Of a stretch of DNA of 64,000 nt, positions 12,601 through 26,254 are shown piece by piece; the first letter of the stretch is position 1, and each line of letters starts with the position of its first letter. Made by a program: the position numbers and the translations under genes. Under the pieces are notes generated by a model. It made no database searches, was not told where the DNA came from, and saw only the letters and a program-made list of their open reading frames with translations. Source of the stretch: Ophelia neglecta (Eukaryota); assembly GCA_965285935.1 (NCBI GenBank), contig OZ260667.1, positions 62,062,001-62,126,000 on the forward strand, read 5' to 3'.

Positions 12601-13463
12601 CCATAGCAACACAAGGGCGGGGTGACGCGGCACATTGGGTAAGATCATTCAAATTGGCCGCCTATGAGGGTAATGCTGTCATATATTACCCCTCTGGAAA
12701 AGAAGAAACTGCCAAGGTGAGGCACTAAAAAGAACTTTCCAGAATTTCTTATGCATCAATACCCAAACGTCTGATGTTCATATGCGAATTGGCACAGCTA
12801 TTCCGTAGACAAGTGGTTTATCAGCAAACCTTCAACATCCCCTCTGTATCGCCATTAGGCCATTTATGGTTTACACATGGAAGCAGCAAATATTTTTTAT
12901 TCATACCGGAACCTAATGGCAGCTGATCACGCATCCTAATCAAACATTTACTAATCACGATAACAGTTAATGGTAATGCTCACTACCTAAACTCCTGATC
13001 TAAAGCCATGTAGATCAGCCAATCCTGGTAGAAGGAATAAATCATATATCACTGACCCTTAAATATTTTTTTATAGCGATTTTTTTATAGAGCTATGGTC
13101 AGGTGATAACATCTTTTTCTTAATTTCTTAATTAATCAGCGGTCAACCTGTAGTTCAAACAGAATTTCTATATTCAGTTATGGGTTTCTATTTTTTAATA
13201 ATAGGAATCTTAAATATTTTAGAAATGTATTAAGTCAATTTATTTACGATGGCAGACGAATATATTTTCTTTCAATAATGTTCATGAAAAAAGTATATCG
13301 TTTTATTTTGTTCTAGGTTTTTGATGGAAACCTTGACCAAAACACTACGGAAAAGCACACTTTGTGTCCAGTTCTGGTGACCAGGAGAGTAAGGCTGTAT
13401 GTTTTTACATGCCACAGTATCTGTGGTCTCAGATGGGAGCTTCACGGCTTCGGGGCTGCATGA
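6622..13463 (+). CDS. G2: secreted PAN/Apple + F5/8 type C protein, subfamily B (266 aa), LINE in intron 3
   Basis: Exons 6622-6934, 7459-7494, 7920-8077, 12570-12716 and 13317-13463 (801 nt, open frame, GT-AG). The discoidin domain has TQGRGD and LRWELHGF. Confidence 0.85.
8185..12109 (+). mobile_element. Near-full-length non-LTR retrotransposon (L2-like LINE)
   Basis: Absent at the homologous site in G8 (61150-61185). Flanked by CTAT (8181-8184, 12110-12113; possible TSD). Carries an APE+RT ORF and ends in a TGTAAAGCGCTTT...TAAAGCGCT stem followed by an (AATACTGTT)~3 tail. Confidence 0.9.
8492..11862 (+). CDS. LINE endonuclease/reverse transcriptase polyprotein (one frameshift at G6 run 9163-9168)
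   Basis: APE motifs FNTRS, CLTETWL, GGGVA, IYRPP, GDLNFH, PTH..GHILD, SDH. RT motifs FRPVSNLPFISKILEK, LDLSAAFDTIDH, GLPQGSVLGP, YADDTQLY. L2-type C-terminus HITPVLRQLHWLPV. ORFs 8477-9217 and 9190-11862 join if one G is added. Confidence 0.9.
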
Positions 13464-13777
13464 TTGAAAAACGAATGCACACGAACATACATTCATCATT
13501 GAGCGGGATATACCGAAGTATATTAGTAAATACGAAGGGCGCTGTCTGATAATCCAGTGCATGTTAACGACCTCAAACGACCTTGGACTTATAACTTAAC
13601 CCACTTTGCTTATAACCTGATTTACATTAACATAATAACCATGTTTTAATATTTTCCTTCCTTTAATAAAAAACTTAGCATACTATGTGTTAGAAATTGG
13701 CTGATTTCTTGATGATAAATCATGACTTCTCTGCTGTGTGGAGGTCCAGTTAATTTTCAAAGAGACTATCGCATCCT

Positions 13778-13960
13778 GGACCACCGCACCATAATGTTAA
13801 ACACATTCAACATTAAAGGTTATATTTTCATGTCGCTACCCCACACTTAGATATAAGAAATAAAACTTGTTGAACCACCGCATCATAATGTAAAAATCAT
13901 TTAACATTTACCATTTAATTGTCATGTTCCAACTTCACATTTAGATAAAAAGAATAAAAT
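13778..13960. repeat. ~94-bp tandem repeat downstream of subfamily B genes
   Basis: Unit begins accaccgcaccataat. About 2 copies here and at 26585-26765, and about 2.5 copies at 62628-62862. Confidence 0.55.
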
Positions 13961-16900
13961 GTGTCATAATTCATAACGTCAAAGAAGTTAAACTAGTCCA
14001 TAAATGGAAGAATCTTAATTTGGAAAACAAATTATTCTGATCAATACTAAATGTGACACGTGCTCTTTATTTGTTGATGATCCAGTCCAAGAAAAACATT
14101 TCTTGAAATGAGAATACAACAAATAATTAGGCCGTGTACGTGCACTTATAGTTTATCTTTAAACGCAGTCTTATTGTTCAGACTCAAGATACTAAGTTGC
14201 ATTGTAAATGTACGATTGAAGAAATCTATATATTTTCATTAGAATACACGTATAAACGAGTGAGAAATGTTTGAAATACAATTTCTTAACGGTATTTTTT
14301 GGCCTTCCCTTGCCCTTTGGAATGAGACAGGGCTTTAATTTCGCGAAGACTGTTTGAAAAAAGAACCCATTTTTTATGTTATCACTGACATGTATTTTTT
14401 GGCGAACTGAAAATTTGCAAAAATGAAGAAGCAGTTTCAAACATTACGCTCGATAATGTCCCATATTAATATGTCTGCGACATAACCTAGTTAATCATGG
14501 AAAAAGGCAAATAGTCACAAATGTTAAAGGCAAACTCGCATATAAATTTGTATCATAAGGGAACATGTGCCCATTGTGCTAACATTTTATTACCTTCAAT
14601 ACGCCCCCTCAAGCAAACTATGTGTTAGTGGTCTTTGGACTAGTTGGTAGTAAATAATGGATTCCCGCTGCGTTTTCCCTGACTTTCTTAAAATGATTTG
14701 GTTTTTATCTTCCATGCCATTTGTTCAGTATCTGGTAAGGTTTGGTTTTTATTTTCCATTTTCCCAATTTAGGTTTAATAACAAGAACAACACACTTTGA
14801 ACTGGGCCCAGTTTCTGGTGCCAATCCTAACTAAACTTGGATTTTAATCAGGATTAAAGTAAAAAATAAGGTCCAGAAGCGGCATCACTCTGCTAGAGAC
14901 CTAGTTTAAAAAGAAAAATCTCTCCTCCAACTTTTTTTTCCAAATACTATTCCATATAAATTTGGACGTGATGCACTTTAATTGCCCTGTTCATATCTGG
15001 CATAAAACTTGAGCATCTGTGATAAGGTGAATCACAATGTGTATATCGGACATCCATTGCATTATCGTTCCTAATGTGTATATTGGACACACGTTATTAT
15101 TCCTAACGTATATATCGTACAGACCTTATTAATCATATTGTGTATATCGCACACGAATTATTCATCATAGTGTGTACACAGGACACACGTTATCATTCTT
15201 GTCATGTTTATCTGACAATCTTTATTAATCTCAGTGTATAAATCGGACACCTAATTAATATTCCAAAGATATATATATACCATACAACCATTACTTTTGG
15301 AATTATTTTTATATTTTTAGTAGTATAAATCCGTAAGATTCACATAGAGCCTATCTACCCCACTATGTTCTAGGCGCTTTATATTTAAAGCCAAAAAAGT
15401 AGTATCGAGACAGGTATAAGAAAACATCGTGGTTTTCATAACAACCAACAATAATATTGACTGGTCAATGTATTTATATTGTGTGGTTTATAGCTAATCA
15501 AACATGACTCCATTAGGCTTTAGGGATGAACGTGTTTTTCGTTGAGGTCAGTATTGTATAGCTTATATCTCATCAAACATGACTCCATTAGGCTTTAGGG
15601 TTGAAAGTGTTTAACAGGGAGGGCATAAACACTGTCAATGTCTTTTTGAACGCAGCAACTAACACAGAACAATGACTATCGATCTTGCAGGGCCCTTATA
15701 TATCCTTTTCCATTAGTCTCCAGGTCTCGATTGTATTATACGCCATGGCTTCCTACATTCCCTATTTAGTTTCTAAGAGAATGTGCGATTGACCAGTTTA
15801 AGAATTGACGGCAACCACGAGTAGACCAGGCATTTACCAGACACTAGTGTAAGCGACATGGAGGGACGAGGAAGGGTCCGGGCGCTTCTGTTCCTTACAA
15901 TGATAATCTCTTTGAGGTGTTTCGTCGAATGTGAATTTGTTGCCATGCAATTCAGTTAGGGGAACATATGCGCAGCAAACACAATTCAGATTTTTGTTAG
16001 AGTTCGTACGGAATGTGCCCTAAAATGCCTCAGCCTAGGAGGGCTTTGTAGAGGGTTTTATGTAAGACCACAGCAGGCCGGAGACGGCGTTCTCTGTGAT
16101 CTGGACTCCGGAAACACTAGTACTGTGCTGTACTATACAACAACAGTCACTGAGGAGGCCTACTACCAAGGTAAAAAGAAATTGAACCGCGATATTTTCG
16201 TATTATCATATATAAGCGCCATTTGTAGCTAAGTAGGGTGTACCACAGGTATTCCCTATAAATCTTTTTCATAATTTATTTTAATTTATTTAACATTTGA
16301 AATTTACTATGGCGATTTCATTCAAACACCACCAGTCTCGAAAATACAAGTTACCTTTTAATGGTAAAACATGTATAAATGCTCCCATATATTACCCGCA
16401 GCGAACTATTATGTAGAAAAGCATGATGGAAATTGGTATAATTTTATATACCATTTTAATGGCAACGCTGTTATCTAACAGACAAGCGATCTCTTAAAAG
16501 GCTGTAATGGGAATCGGGAATCAGCTACAAGTTTCGTCGGCGTAGACACTAATTTTAAGTATGCAAACGTTTAGCTACATTTCAAGTCCTTTTTAAGCAT
16601 TATTATATTTATGAAATACTTATATAAATTATGTAATAAATCATGACTTAAAGTGTACCGTATTATGTACGAATATATCAACAGCAGTATCAATAGAAAG
16701 AACTTTCTTATTATTTCTAATCTTTTTATGCTCAGATTGCAATATGGACAAATGTTGATTCCTTCTCATTGTCAGTTATATCAATATAATGAATTCATTT
16801 TTATTTGCTTTATGGTCTAGGGGGAGATATTGTCGACTCTGAAAGTGGCTTGCAGGCCCTGCCAGTCTCTGGCAATGCATGGAATGCCTCCTTATGCTGC

Positions 16901-17489
16901 CCGGCCTGTGTTATAATATCCTCATATCCCCTGGCTGTTCCAGACTTGTTCTGGTGGTCCCTGCGCTAAAACAAACTACGCCATATTGTCATTATACTTA
17001 ACATTCAAAATAAATTATGAACAGAATTGCCCCTACAAATCCTGACTGGCCTATTATTGAGCGACTTGATGTTTTCTTGTATCAAAACAAGGTTTAACTT
17101 CTTAGGTGTCGGACACGGTCAATATTTGTTTTTATGATTGAGAATATTGATTTTGGTAGTTGGGCGGCAAATGGTGTCCCTGAGTCAATAACAACCTCGA
17201 CGGGTAAACATCAAAATATGAATATTACATGAATCGTTTTTGACTAGATGATCTAGGCCTATACTGCCATCTCTGACATTAATGATGATTGTTCATGAAA
17301 GAAGAATATATTGTAGCGATTAATACATCATGCCATCTACCATCTGCTTTTGAGAGATATCACTGACAGTTGTTGTAGCACCATGGCAGACTCATTGGAA
17401 CCCTTAGAATACAAATTATATAATCCCTTTACCGACCTTGGTATTAGGAGACAGACGCAGGTCGTTTCTATTCAAAACAATGAAAGTCT

Positions 17490-17731
17490 TTTTGGTATTT
17501 TGCGACATTTGACGTTTTCCCTACGATTTATCAGGGTCAAGCAATGCGCAACCAACATCATTAAAGTTTCGTTAGGGTCCATGTATAATGTACGTATAAA
17601 TGTCTGAGAAGTAAACGGCTGTGTAGAAGGTATTCTGTGAGAATAAAGCAGGACGGCGTTCTATGTGATCTAGACTGTCAATACTAGTAGTCTGTTGTAT
17701 TTTCAGCATTTAGGACACTTTCTTCCAAGGT
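17490..17731 (+). pseudogene. Decayed PAN-exon copy inside intron 1
   Basis: tgcgcaaccaacatc...tgtctgagaagtaaacggctgtgtagaagg...gacggcgttctatgtgatctagac...ttccaaggt. Paralogues at ~38190-38420 and ~30015-30200. Confidence 0.6.
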
Positions 17732-18719
17732 CACAAAACATCATATATAGTAGTACCATCGTTATGTATTCTGATAAGCCTTATTTAGCACACAAAATGC
17801 AGCTAAATATCTTATGGATACACCGTTTACTTGTCTGTAAAACACAATTACATACGTTTATTTCTTCGTTATACGAGGACACATTACATTGAGCTTTGCG
17901 ATTTATTTACTTTAGCTAATTTGATACAATTTCAATAAGCTACAAATTGAAATATATTTTACTTATCTAAGTATTTCAAGTATGAAATGCCGAATATTAT
18001 TTGCAGGAAAATTATATGTTTGCAGTCAAAAACGTATTATTATTGATACTTTTGACATTAACAGCAGATCGTGTTACTTGTTTAAATTCAGATTTTAACA
18101 ATTCTAATTCTGAACCACTTTTCTGGAATAAAACACATTACAAATACATCGTAATCTACTGTGGTATTATTTCTAATTCTATTAACGGCATTTCAGAATA
18201 TGCACCAGTTCGATCAGTGGAAGAGGCAACAGGTAGGGAACTACTTTGGTACACATCTCAAACTCTAATATATTAAACAGCCAATCGCTTTTTTTTAAAT
18301 AATATGAGGCTGCCCAATTATCCCAACATTGTTTAAGTCTCCCATGTGTGATATAGATGAAGCGTTCCTGCTTTAGAACGATAGTTCAGTTGGTTAATGT
18401 AGCAACAAGCGCAGCTGAGAGATTTTCATTCAGGCATCAACAAATTAGCCCTCACTGCTGTACCTTCCCAACAGGTAATGTGGTATGCCGGGGAAATAAG
18501 ACCTACTCCATTCTTTCTTCAAGTTGTAAAATACAATTTATACAACAAATAATTAATGTATAAACCTTATTAATGGATGTTTGTTAGGGACCCCTCATCA
18601 AGCTGTCATATTTTGCATTCTCGAGGTAGATCCCTAGCAAAGGAGAATATTTACAAAAATTACAAATGATCTTGTGGAAGTGTAGCACTTGAAAGGGGTT
18701 TGGTAGTGGGTGCTAACAA

Positions 18720-19055
18720 GTCTGTCCAACATTTCTCTTGTCTATAAAATGATACCCAATTTGTATGACTCTCTCTCCTTCTTTCCTTGCCCTCTTTCTC
18801 TATGCTATCTTTTTTTTATTTTCGCTTGTTTACGTTCACTTTATGAAATGTTCTCTCAATGTAAATAACATTCGCTCTATATAGCCTTAAGCAGTCTGGT
18901 AACTGGCATCTAATCATGAATATTATGTGGGCGTCCAGCTCATACAGCTCTAGCCATTGCTGGCGTCCACGTTTCTGCTTACTTATTGTCATGAATATAA
19001 ATATATTGTAAATAATTGTCGTTGTAGAATCAAATAAAAATTTTCAATTCAATTC
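18720..19055 (+). mobile_element. Short retroposed insertion (5'-truncated LINE 3' end or SINE)
   Basis: Absent from G1, G7 and G9 at gtgctaacaaagtag. AACAA flanks (18715-18719, 19056-19060). Ends in AATAAA + (TTCAA)3. Confidence 0.6.
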
Positions 19056-22000
19056 AACAAAGAAGTACACTGCGGATGTGGGAAGAGAAAAACCACTATT
19101 CCATTACATACCATTTTTATGAGATTCATACTACTCTAAGCAAAATGTTTGGGGTTAGTAAGGATGCCCTGACCCTAAGGACGCAATATATTTCAATCCA
19201 GTTTTAAATACTTTCCTTTTTTTTCTTTTAGCCTTAATCACCACCACAGGACGATTTCTGTCAGCCTCTTCTTCATTTCAATCTCGAGAGGATTACGGAC
19301 CTCAATGTTCGGTCCTCGGTGTCCTAAACCTGGCGGCTGTTTCAGCGGTGCTTGGGCTTCTGGCTATCCGATGGGCAATGATTGGATTCAGGTCGGCTGA
19401 CATTAATCTAGTTCATTTGGTTTAAACACAAAGTATCGATGTAACTCCCTATTGACATGGGTTGCTAGAGGTGTTGAGTGAGGGTTGATATTTTGATTCT
19501 ATGTGTGTTCTGTGTGCTTACAATTGGCATTATTGTGAAATACCATAATATCTCATAATTCGCCCACATACAATTAATCAAATTTCTAGAAGTATGAATT
19601 TTAACAAGGATAAATAGAAATAATTCTTTTCATTTCCAGATTTTTATCTCCACAATAAGTTACCATGGAAGTGGTCCAGCTATTGAAAGAGAATTAAAAC
19701 TGAAACTGAAGAATACAAATTAAAACAGGGGTGACTGTAATTCGAATTAGTTTTTTAATTGACATGGTTTTGGTTATGATTGTAGGCGGACCTAGGTATT
19801 CTTAACGATATAGTCGCCATTGCCACAAAGGGACGCAAACCTGGCTACTCCCAGTGGGTAACGTCATACAAGCTAGCCACCTATGACGAAAGTGAGGTCA
19901 TATTTTACCCCAATGGGGTAGAAACAACAGCTAAGGTGAGGTGCCAGGAGCATATCTAGAAATCGCAATTGTTATCACTAAATGAAATATATAATCGTGG
20001 CCAAAAAGAGCGTAGGTTACCCCATTGTTGTCAATAGAAAAGAGACTTAATATAGTATCCACTTTAGAAATATTTACGATGCAATTTCTGACAGTTTAGA
20101 GCATATTTAAAGGATCATTATATAGGTGAAAGTATTATACCTAGATACTATTACTATACCGCGCTACGAGGATATGTTTTGTACGAACCATTTAACGATG
20201 AGGTAAGTCCAGTGAATCTGTCATTTAAGCATATTTTGAAGTGGCAGTTTATTTTTTCTCTAGAACTGGTCCCCGATTTAAGGTTGTATTACACATAATA
20301 ATGTGTTTTCCAGTCTAATGCTATGCTACATATATTATGCAGTAGTTTCAATGTAAAGATGTAGTTCCCATATGAAAATGTCTCCGATATGAGGTTTTAC
20401 TTAATAATGGTTGTAGGATATCAGTTAATATAACGTCTATTTAAATGACCCCTACGTAATTTTATATTCGGGCAAAAATATACCGTGTCTTATGACCGTC
20501 TGTTAACATCCATTTCACATCCATCCATTTGAAATATTTCGTTTATTTTCTTCAGGTTTTCAGTGGGAACTCTGACGAGGATACGGAAGTAAAGCACACC
20601 ATGTGTCCCCCTCTAGTGGCCAGAAGAGTAAGGCTGTATCCTATTACGTACAGCGGTCACTGTAGTCTCAGGTGGGAGCTGTACAGCTTCGCATCTGCAT
20701 AAATCAAAACGGAAACGAACATAATCTGAATGAAATATGAATGAACCGATAATATAACAAACTATTACGATAACTGATTGTGATGTCCACTGTTAGATGA
20801 CCCAGTACACGTTTACGACCTCCAAACGACCTTGGACATTGATCCTGACGCGCTGCTTATATACCGATTAATCTTTACCTTGTTAATTAAACATTAATGT
20901 TGAAGGATTCTCTTCGAACAAGGTAATACTCAACATAATAATATGTTTGCAATTTAACCTTATTCACCATGGAAATCACGTTTGGAATTCAGTGCGGGTT
21001 GACAACCTCCAAAAGTCCTTGGACATTGATAGAATTCCTCTTTGTTTAATATTTACATAGTAAGCCATATATTGTGCAAAGAAGGTTATATTACCAGGTT
21101 ATAATGTCTGGGACACAGCCTAGATTACCATGGAAACAGGAGGGTGGAATATGTATATAGGAATATCGTGTATAACAATCTTGTCTGGAGGGTATATGAA
21201 CTTTTGTGATAGACTTTTGCTGCATTGTTTGTTTAAATGATTACTTCTTTATACAATTATCTTTACAAGAATACATTGCGAGCCTCAGGGATTTTATTCC
21301 CATGAAAAGCAGCAAAAACCAAATCTATGGAGAGCAGTTATTAAATTTAAGTACTTTCGTCTACTTCTTGTAATTCAGCTTTTGAATAATTGGGTTTTGT
21401 GATTTTACAACGAGACTTAAAATATTTATCATATAATCTGTCATTATCATACGGAAGATTAATCAGGTATGGATAATAATAAGGTTTTAACTCGGCCTGA
21501 TGAGTCTAGGTTTACCCCAGTAGAGACGTCAATAGCCAAAAAATAATAATTAAGATAAAGCAACATTCCTGCTTCTGCATTATTTAAACATAAATATCTA
21601 TGATTTTTCTGTCGTTAAGCAATGCACACAAGTAGCCGTCAGCGGTGTAAAACTATGATCTGGCACTCCTCCGAAAAGAATTACACGTAATTATCAAGTA
21701 GAAATTATTTAGATTTTGTCCTGTATAATTTTAAAGGGATCCAACACATGTCCATATCTATGATAGTCTCTATGGTGTTTTGCATCAGCTGTGATTTTGT
21801 TTCCATGTTTTTTAGTAATCAAAACATATGTGCATTGTGCAACCAATACCACTGAGGCTTTAGATAATAGGGATTTGCCCTGAAGTGTGTCAGCAGGACA
21901 AGCTTGCGTCGAGTGAAATCACATCAGTGCAGACACTGCGTTTTTTGTGATGAAGACTCTCAAGTCAAATTTATATATCGGAAACCCATTTATATTCCTT

Positions 22001-23704
22001 GAACATATATATCATACAATTATTACTATCGTGGCCGGTTAGAGGTACGTTCTGACTCCAGTACGGATATCGGGTACCTATTTAAGGTGCTATAATCATG
22101 GGTTGCACAAAAGACTTCGCTATGAACCACCTGATAATATGTTGAATTGATCGAAACAGCATCATGATTGTATAACTCCAAATACACCTTATGCATGTTT
22201 ATCTTATACCATAAACATCGATACTTTTCTTAGCTTAAAAGTTCCATCCATTATTAACTCATTCTGCGCCAAACAGATAAGTAAAGGGTTGTTTGAAGGG
22301 TAAATAGTGACGAGGCACGCATACGATGTAAAAACAACCTGGTTGTCATAACAACCAAACCTAATACTGACTGGTCGACGTCATCACGTGCTGTATTGTC
22401 TATACGTATTCAAACACGCCTCCATTAGGCTTGCGGACATAAAGTGTCTTTCAGCTGATGACTATGTACACTGTCATGGTGTTATTGAAAGTGACATCCA
22501 ACACTGAACAATTGACTTTGATCTTTTAAGTGCCGTGTTTATCCTTCTCACTACAGTAACCAGGTCTAGATAGTATTATTCCGCCATGACTTGCTACTTA
22601 CCCTATATTCAGTTTATAACAGTGTGTTCGATTGACCAATCTGAGAATTGATGGCAGCATTGTATAAACAAATCCGCCTAGTTGTTATAACGAAAGGACA
22701 CCATCATTGACAAGATGGGTCGCACCTTTTTTAACATACAGTAGTATTCTGAGCAACATGGAAGGACGAGACAGGGTCCGGGTACTCCTGTACTTAACTC
22801 TACATGCTGTATTATACGGTAACAGCCACTGACGATTTTTATTGATTTTGGAAATATTCAAGGAAACTATGATTTTGAGGTACTTTCATTTGAGAGTCTG
22901 CCTCAAACCAGTGAATCAAAAATGGCCACTTGGGTGCAGCACTGTCAACACAAAATGAAATTTGGCAAATAGGAACCAATTTTGCTGTGAAATCCGTCAG
23001 CCTCTGCGGGGACATTTTGCCCCCCCCCCCCCCAAGTAGTATTTTGAAAAGAGACCTCTCCATTAACATGGGTGGCACAAACATTTCGCTATGAACAACC
23101 TGATAGCGTGGGTGTTGAACTGATCGAAACAACTTTATAGTATTCAATTCCATCTGTATCATCTGCATGAAGATCTGATACCAGGAGGATCGATCGATAT
23201 GCTTTAAACCATAAAATGGCCATGAATTAAAAGCTATGTCATGTAAAGAAGGTGAGAATGTTGAAAAATGGGCAAAATAGTGACGAGGGACAAACGCACC
23301 GACAAAACAACATAATATTGCCTGGTCACCGTCATCACGTATTGTATTGTTTCTACTTAAACAAACATGACTCCATTAGGTTTGTTGTCATAAAGTGTTT
23401 CCTAGCTGAAGACTATGTACACTGTCATTGTGTTATTAAAAGCTACAACAAACATTGAACAATTGTAATCGATCTTTCAGTGCTCTATATATCCTCCTTC
23501 AAATAGTCTCCAAGTCGGGGGTGTATAATACTCTCGTCTTTCAACCTTTCTCTATTCAGTTTATAAGAATGTGTGCCACTTGCCAGTCTTACAATTGTTG
23601 GCAACTACATAAAGGCGAGTCAAACTTGTTGTGATAACACAATGACACCACCGTTGTCCAGATAGGCGGCTAATTAATAAACATACACTAGCCGTGTTAG
23701 CGAC

Positions 23705-26254
23705 ATGGAAGGACGAGACAAGTTCCAGCTATTTCTGTTCATAACTCTACTAGTCTCTCGTGTGTTCTGCGCCGAATGTGAATTTGTTTCCTTGCAATTT
23801 AGTAAGGGGAAAATATGCGAGACGCTTTCTGATATAACACTTTATGCTATGGCTTGCGGCTTGCATATACTTAATGTATGCAGGTTTTAAATATTTCTAT
23901 CGATGTTTGGAACCACACATACAGACAAGTCAAGCAATTTCAGTGTATGAAATAGCCTTTATATCCTTTGTATTCATGAAATGTTTTTTATTGACGCTTA
24001 GTGGAACTGCTTTATCGAAATGTTACACTGTTAAAAAATCATTAAGAAAATAATCATGACCACTTTTCATAGCAAAATTAAAATAGTGTATAATGACACA
24101 GGAGAAGTAGCTGTTTCAGAAATTCATTAATTATATGTTGCTACTAATATATAACATAAACAGTGGATTTTTAAATTGAAATCACCACCCCAATGTTTAC
24201 AAGTGCAGTTTAACGAATAGCATTTCCTTCCCATATATTCATCGAACAATTGGTTCCAGACAATTATTAGATTGTTCCACAATAAATATCCTTAAATTAG
24301 CAATAAGGCATAAAATTGCTTTGTTGTGAGAGTGGTCTGAAACGATCATGATACTCTGAAAGTTAACAGTGTATTCATTAAAGAAATGATTTAATATTTC
24401 AGAAGCAGCAGGCATTCGTTCGGTGGAGGAGGCAGCATGTAAGTCAAACTAGAGACAACTCCCTAACAGGAATATATTGACCATGGATTATGTTATTAAA
24501 AAGGGTTATTTCTTCAAAGAAATGACTAATAGTATATATTTCATTGTATTTACTTTTCAAGGCATTACGGGGTACAATATAGACTTTTCGCTTTTTTGTA
24601 ACGCACACTTAGTGTCTAGTATTTATTTTCAAAGCCGGTCACGAATACTTGAGATGATTTTGTCACACATTCCAGTGATAAACCATGGCATTAAGTTAAC
24701 AGCAAGGTAATGGGAAAAGCAAAAGACCTAACCATCACCTTCCCTGTTATGTGACCTGGCTCTCTTTTCGAAACTAGCATAGCCAAGGGTTCACCTCAAA
24801 ATATATATCTTTGCCTCCTCGATACCCCCTAATTAACGTCCGTTTTCCGATCTCCAAATACAGCCTTGATCACCACCACTGGAGAACTTCTGTCAGCCTC
24901 CTCGTCATGGCCATATACACAAAATCACGGACCTCAATGTTCGGTCCTTGGAGTCCCTACACCAGCAGATTGTTACATGGCATGGATTTCTAGCAACCCT
25001 TCGGGAGGTGATTGGATTCAGGTACACTGTCTTTATTTTCGGATGTCTTAGGTTTGAATAGGAAAACCTGGGGCTGTGATATAATAATGTATAGGCGTAT
25101 GGTTTCAGGGCTGTAGATTAACGATGTATAAAGTTTTATGGTTATTGTTATCAGGTAATGAAATATGTGAGTGAAGTTTGCTGTAAGTCGGGGTCAAAGG
25201 TTAGATTTGGTTATCTGGGATAAAGAGTAATGAAAGTAACGTCTACTCTCTTGGCTGCCTAACAGTCTAGTTAAAGAAACATTATGTCAATGTTGTTAGT
25301 ATTGGGTTATTTTTACTTAAGTCCATGTTTTATTTTGGGATGTATAATTTGAAATACACGTTTTGTAATTGGATACGTAGGCGGATCTCGGCAGTACCTA
25401 TGATGTAGTCTCCATAGCAACACAAGGGCGTGGCGATATGGTACAGTGGGTAACATCATTCAAATTGTCCGCCTATGAAGGTAATGCTGTCATATATTAC
25501 CCTTCTGGAGAAGAAAAAAGTGCCAAGGTAAGGCACTAAGGAGAACTTTCAAGAATTTCTTATGCATCATTACCCCAACGTCTGAGGGTCATAAGCGAGT
25601 TGGGATAGCTATTCCGTAGACAGGTGGTTTTATCAGCCAACCATCAGCATCCCTGCTGTATCGCCATTGGGCCATTTATGGTTTACATGCTAATTTGAAC
25701 CAGAACATATTTTGGCTTATACCGGAACCTGTCCTTTTTGCTCCACTTGCAAAATCAGAAAAGCAATCTAGACACAGGGTCCAATAAATATGAGCGAGTC
25801 CCATTACTCAATAAATTTTGACATGATGGCTTTAATATACACTGAGGACTGGGTAAATTTTCACAATGACTCATACCTTTTCCACCATTTAATCCTTGAC
25901 TTTTGCCTCCAAATTTCTAAATGAATCACCTGGTCAACCTGTAGTTCAAACAGAAGTTCTATATTCAGTTATGGGTTTTTATTTTTTATAATAATAGGAA
26001 TCGTAGACATTTGGAAATAAATGTAGTCAATTTATCTACCATGGCAGACGAATATATTTTCATTCAGTAATGTTAATGAAAAAGTATATCGTTATATTTT
26101 ATTCCAGGTTTTTGATGGAAACCTTGACCAAAACACAACGAAAAAGCACACTTTGTGTCCAGTTCTGGTGGCCAGGAGAGTAAGGCTGTATGTTTTTACA
26201 TGCTACAGATATTGTGGTCTCAGATGGGAGCTGTACGGCTTCGGGTCTGCATAA
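23705..26254 (+). CDS. G4: subfamily B gene with PAN domain deleted; possible secreted discoidin-only protein (~194 aa), otherwise pseudogene
   Basis: About 217 bp deleted after 23819, removing the PAN domain and the normal donor. Exons 24403-24438, 24864-25021, 25381-25527 and 26108-26254 are intact. An internal phase-1 donor A|GTAAGG at 23801/23802 would restore the frame. Confidence 0.55.

Larger units (their letters stand above)
15858..20702 (+). pseudogene. G3: chimeric PAN-discoidin gene (B-like exon 1 + A-type exons 2-5), disrupted
   Basis: Exons 15858-16170, 18197-18232, 19232-19391, 19786-19935 and 20556-20702. In-frame TAG at 15957-15959 (AAG in paralogues). Exon 3 is 160 nt rather than 161 (CCC>CC at ~19323). 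Confidence 0.75.
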
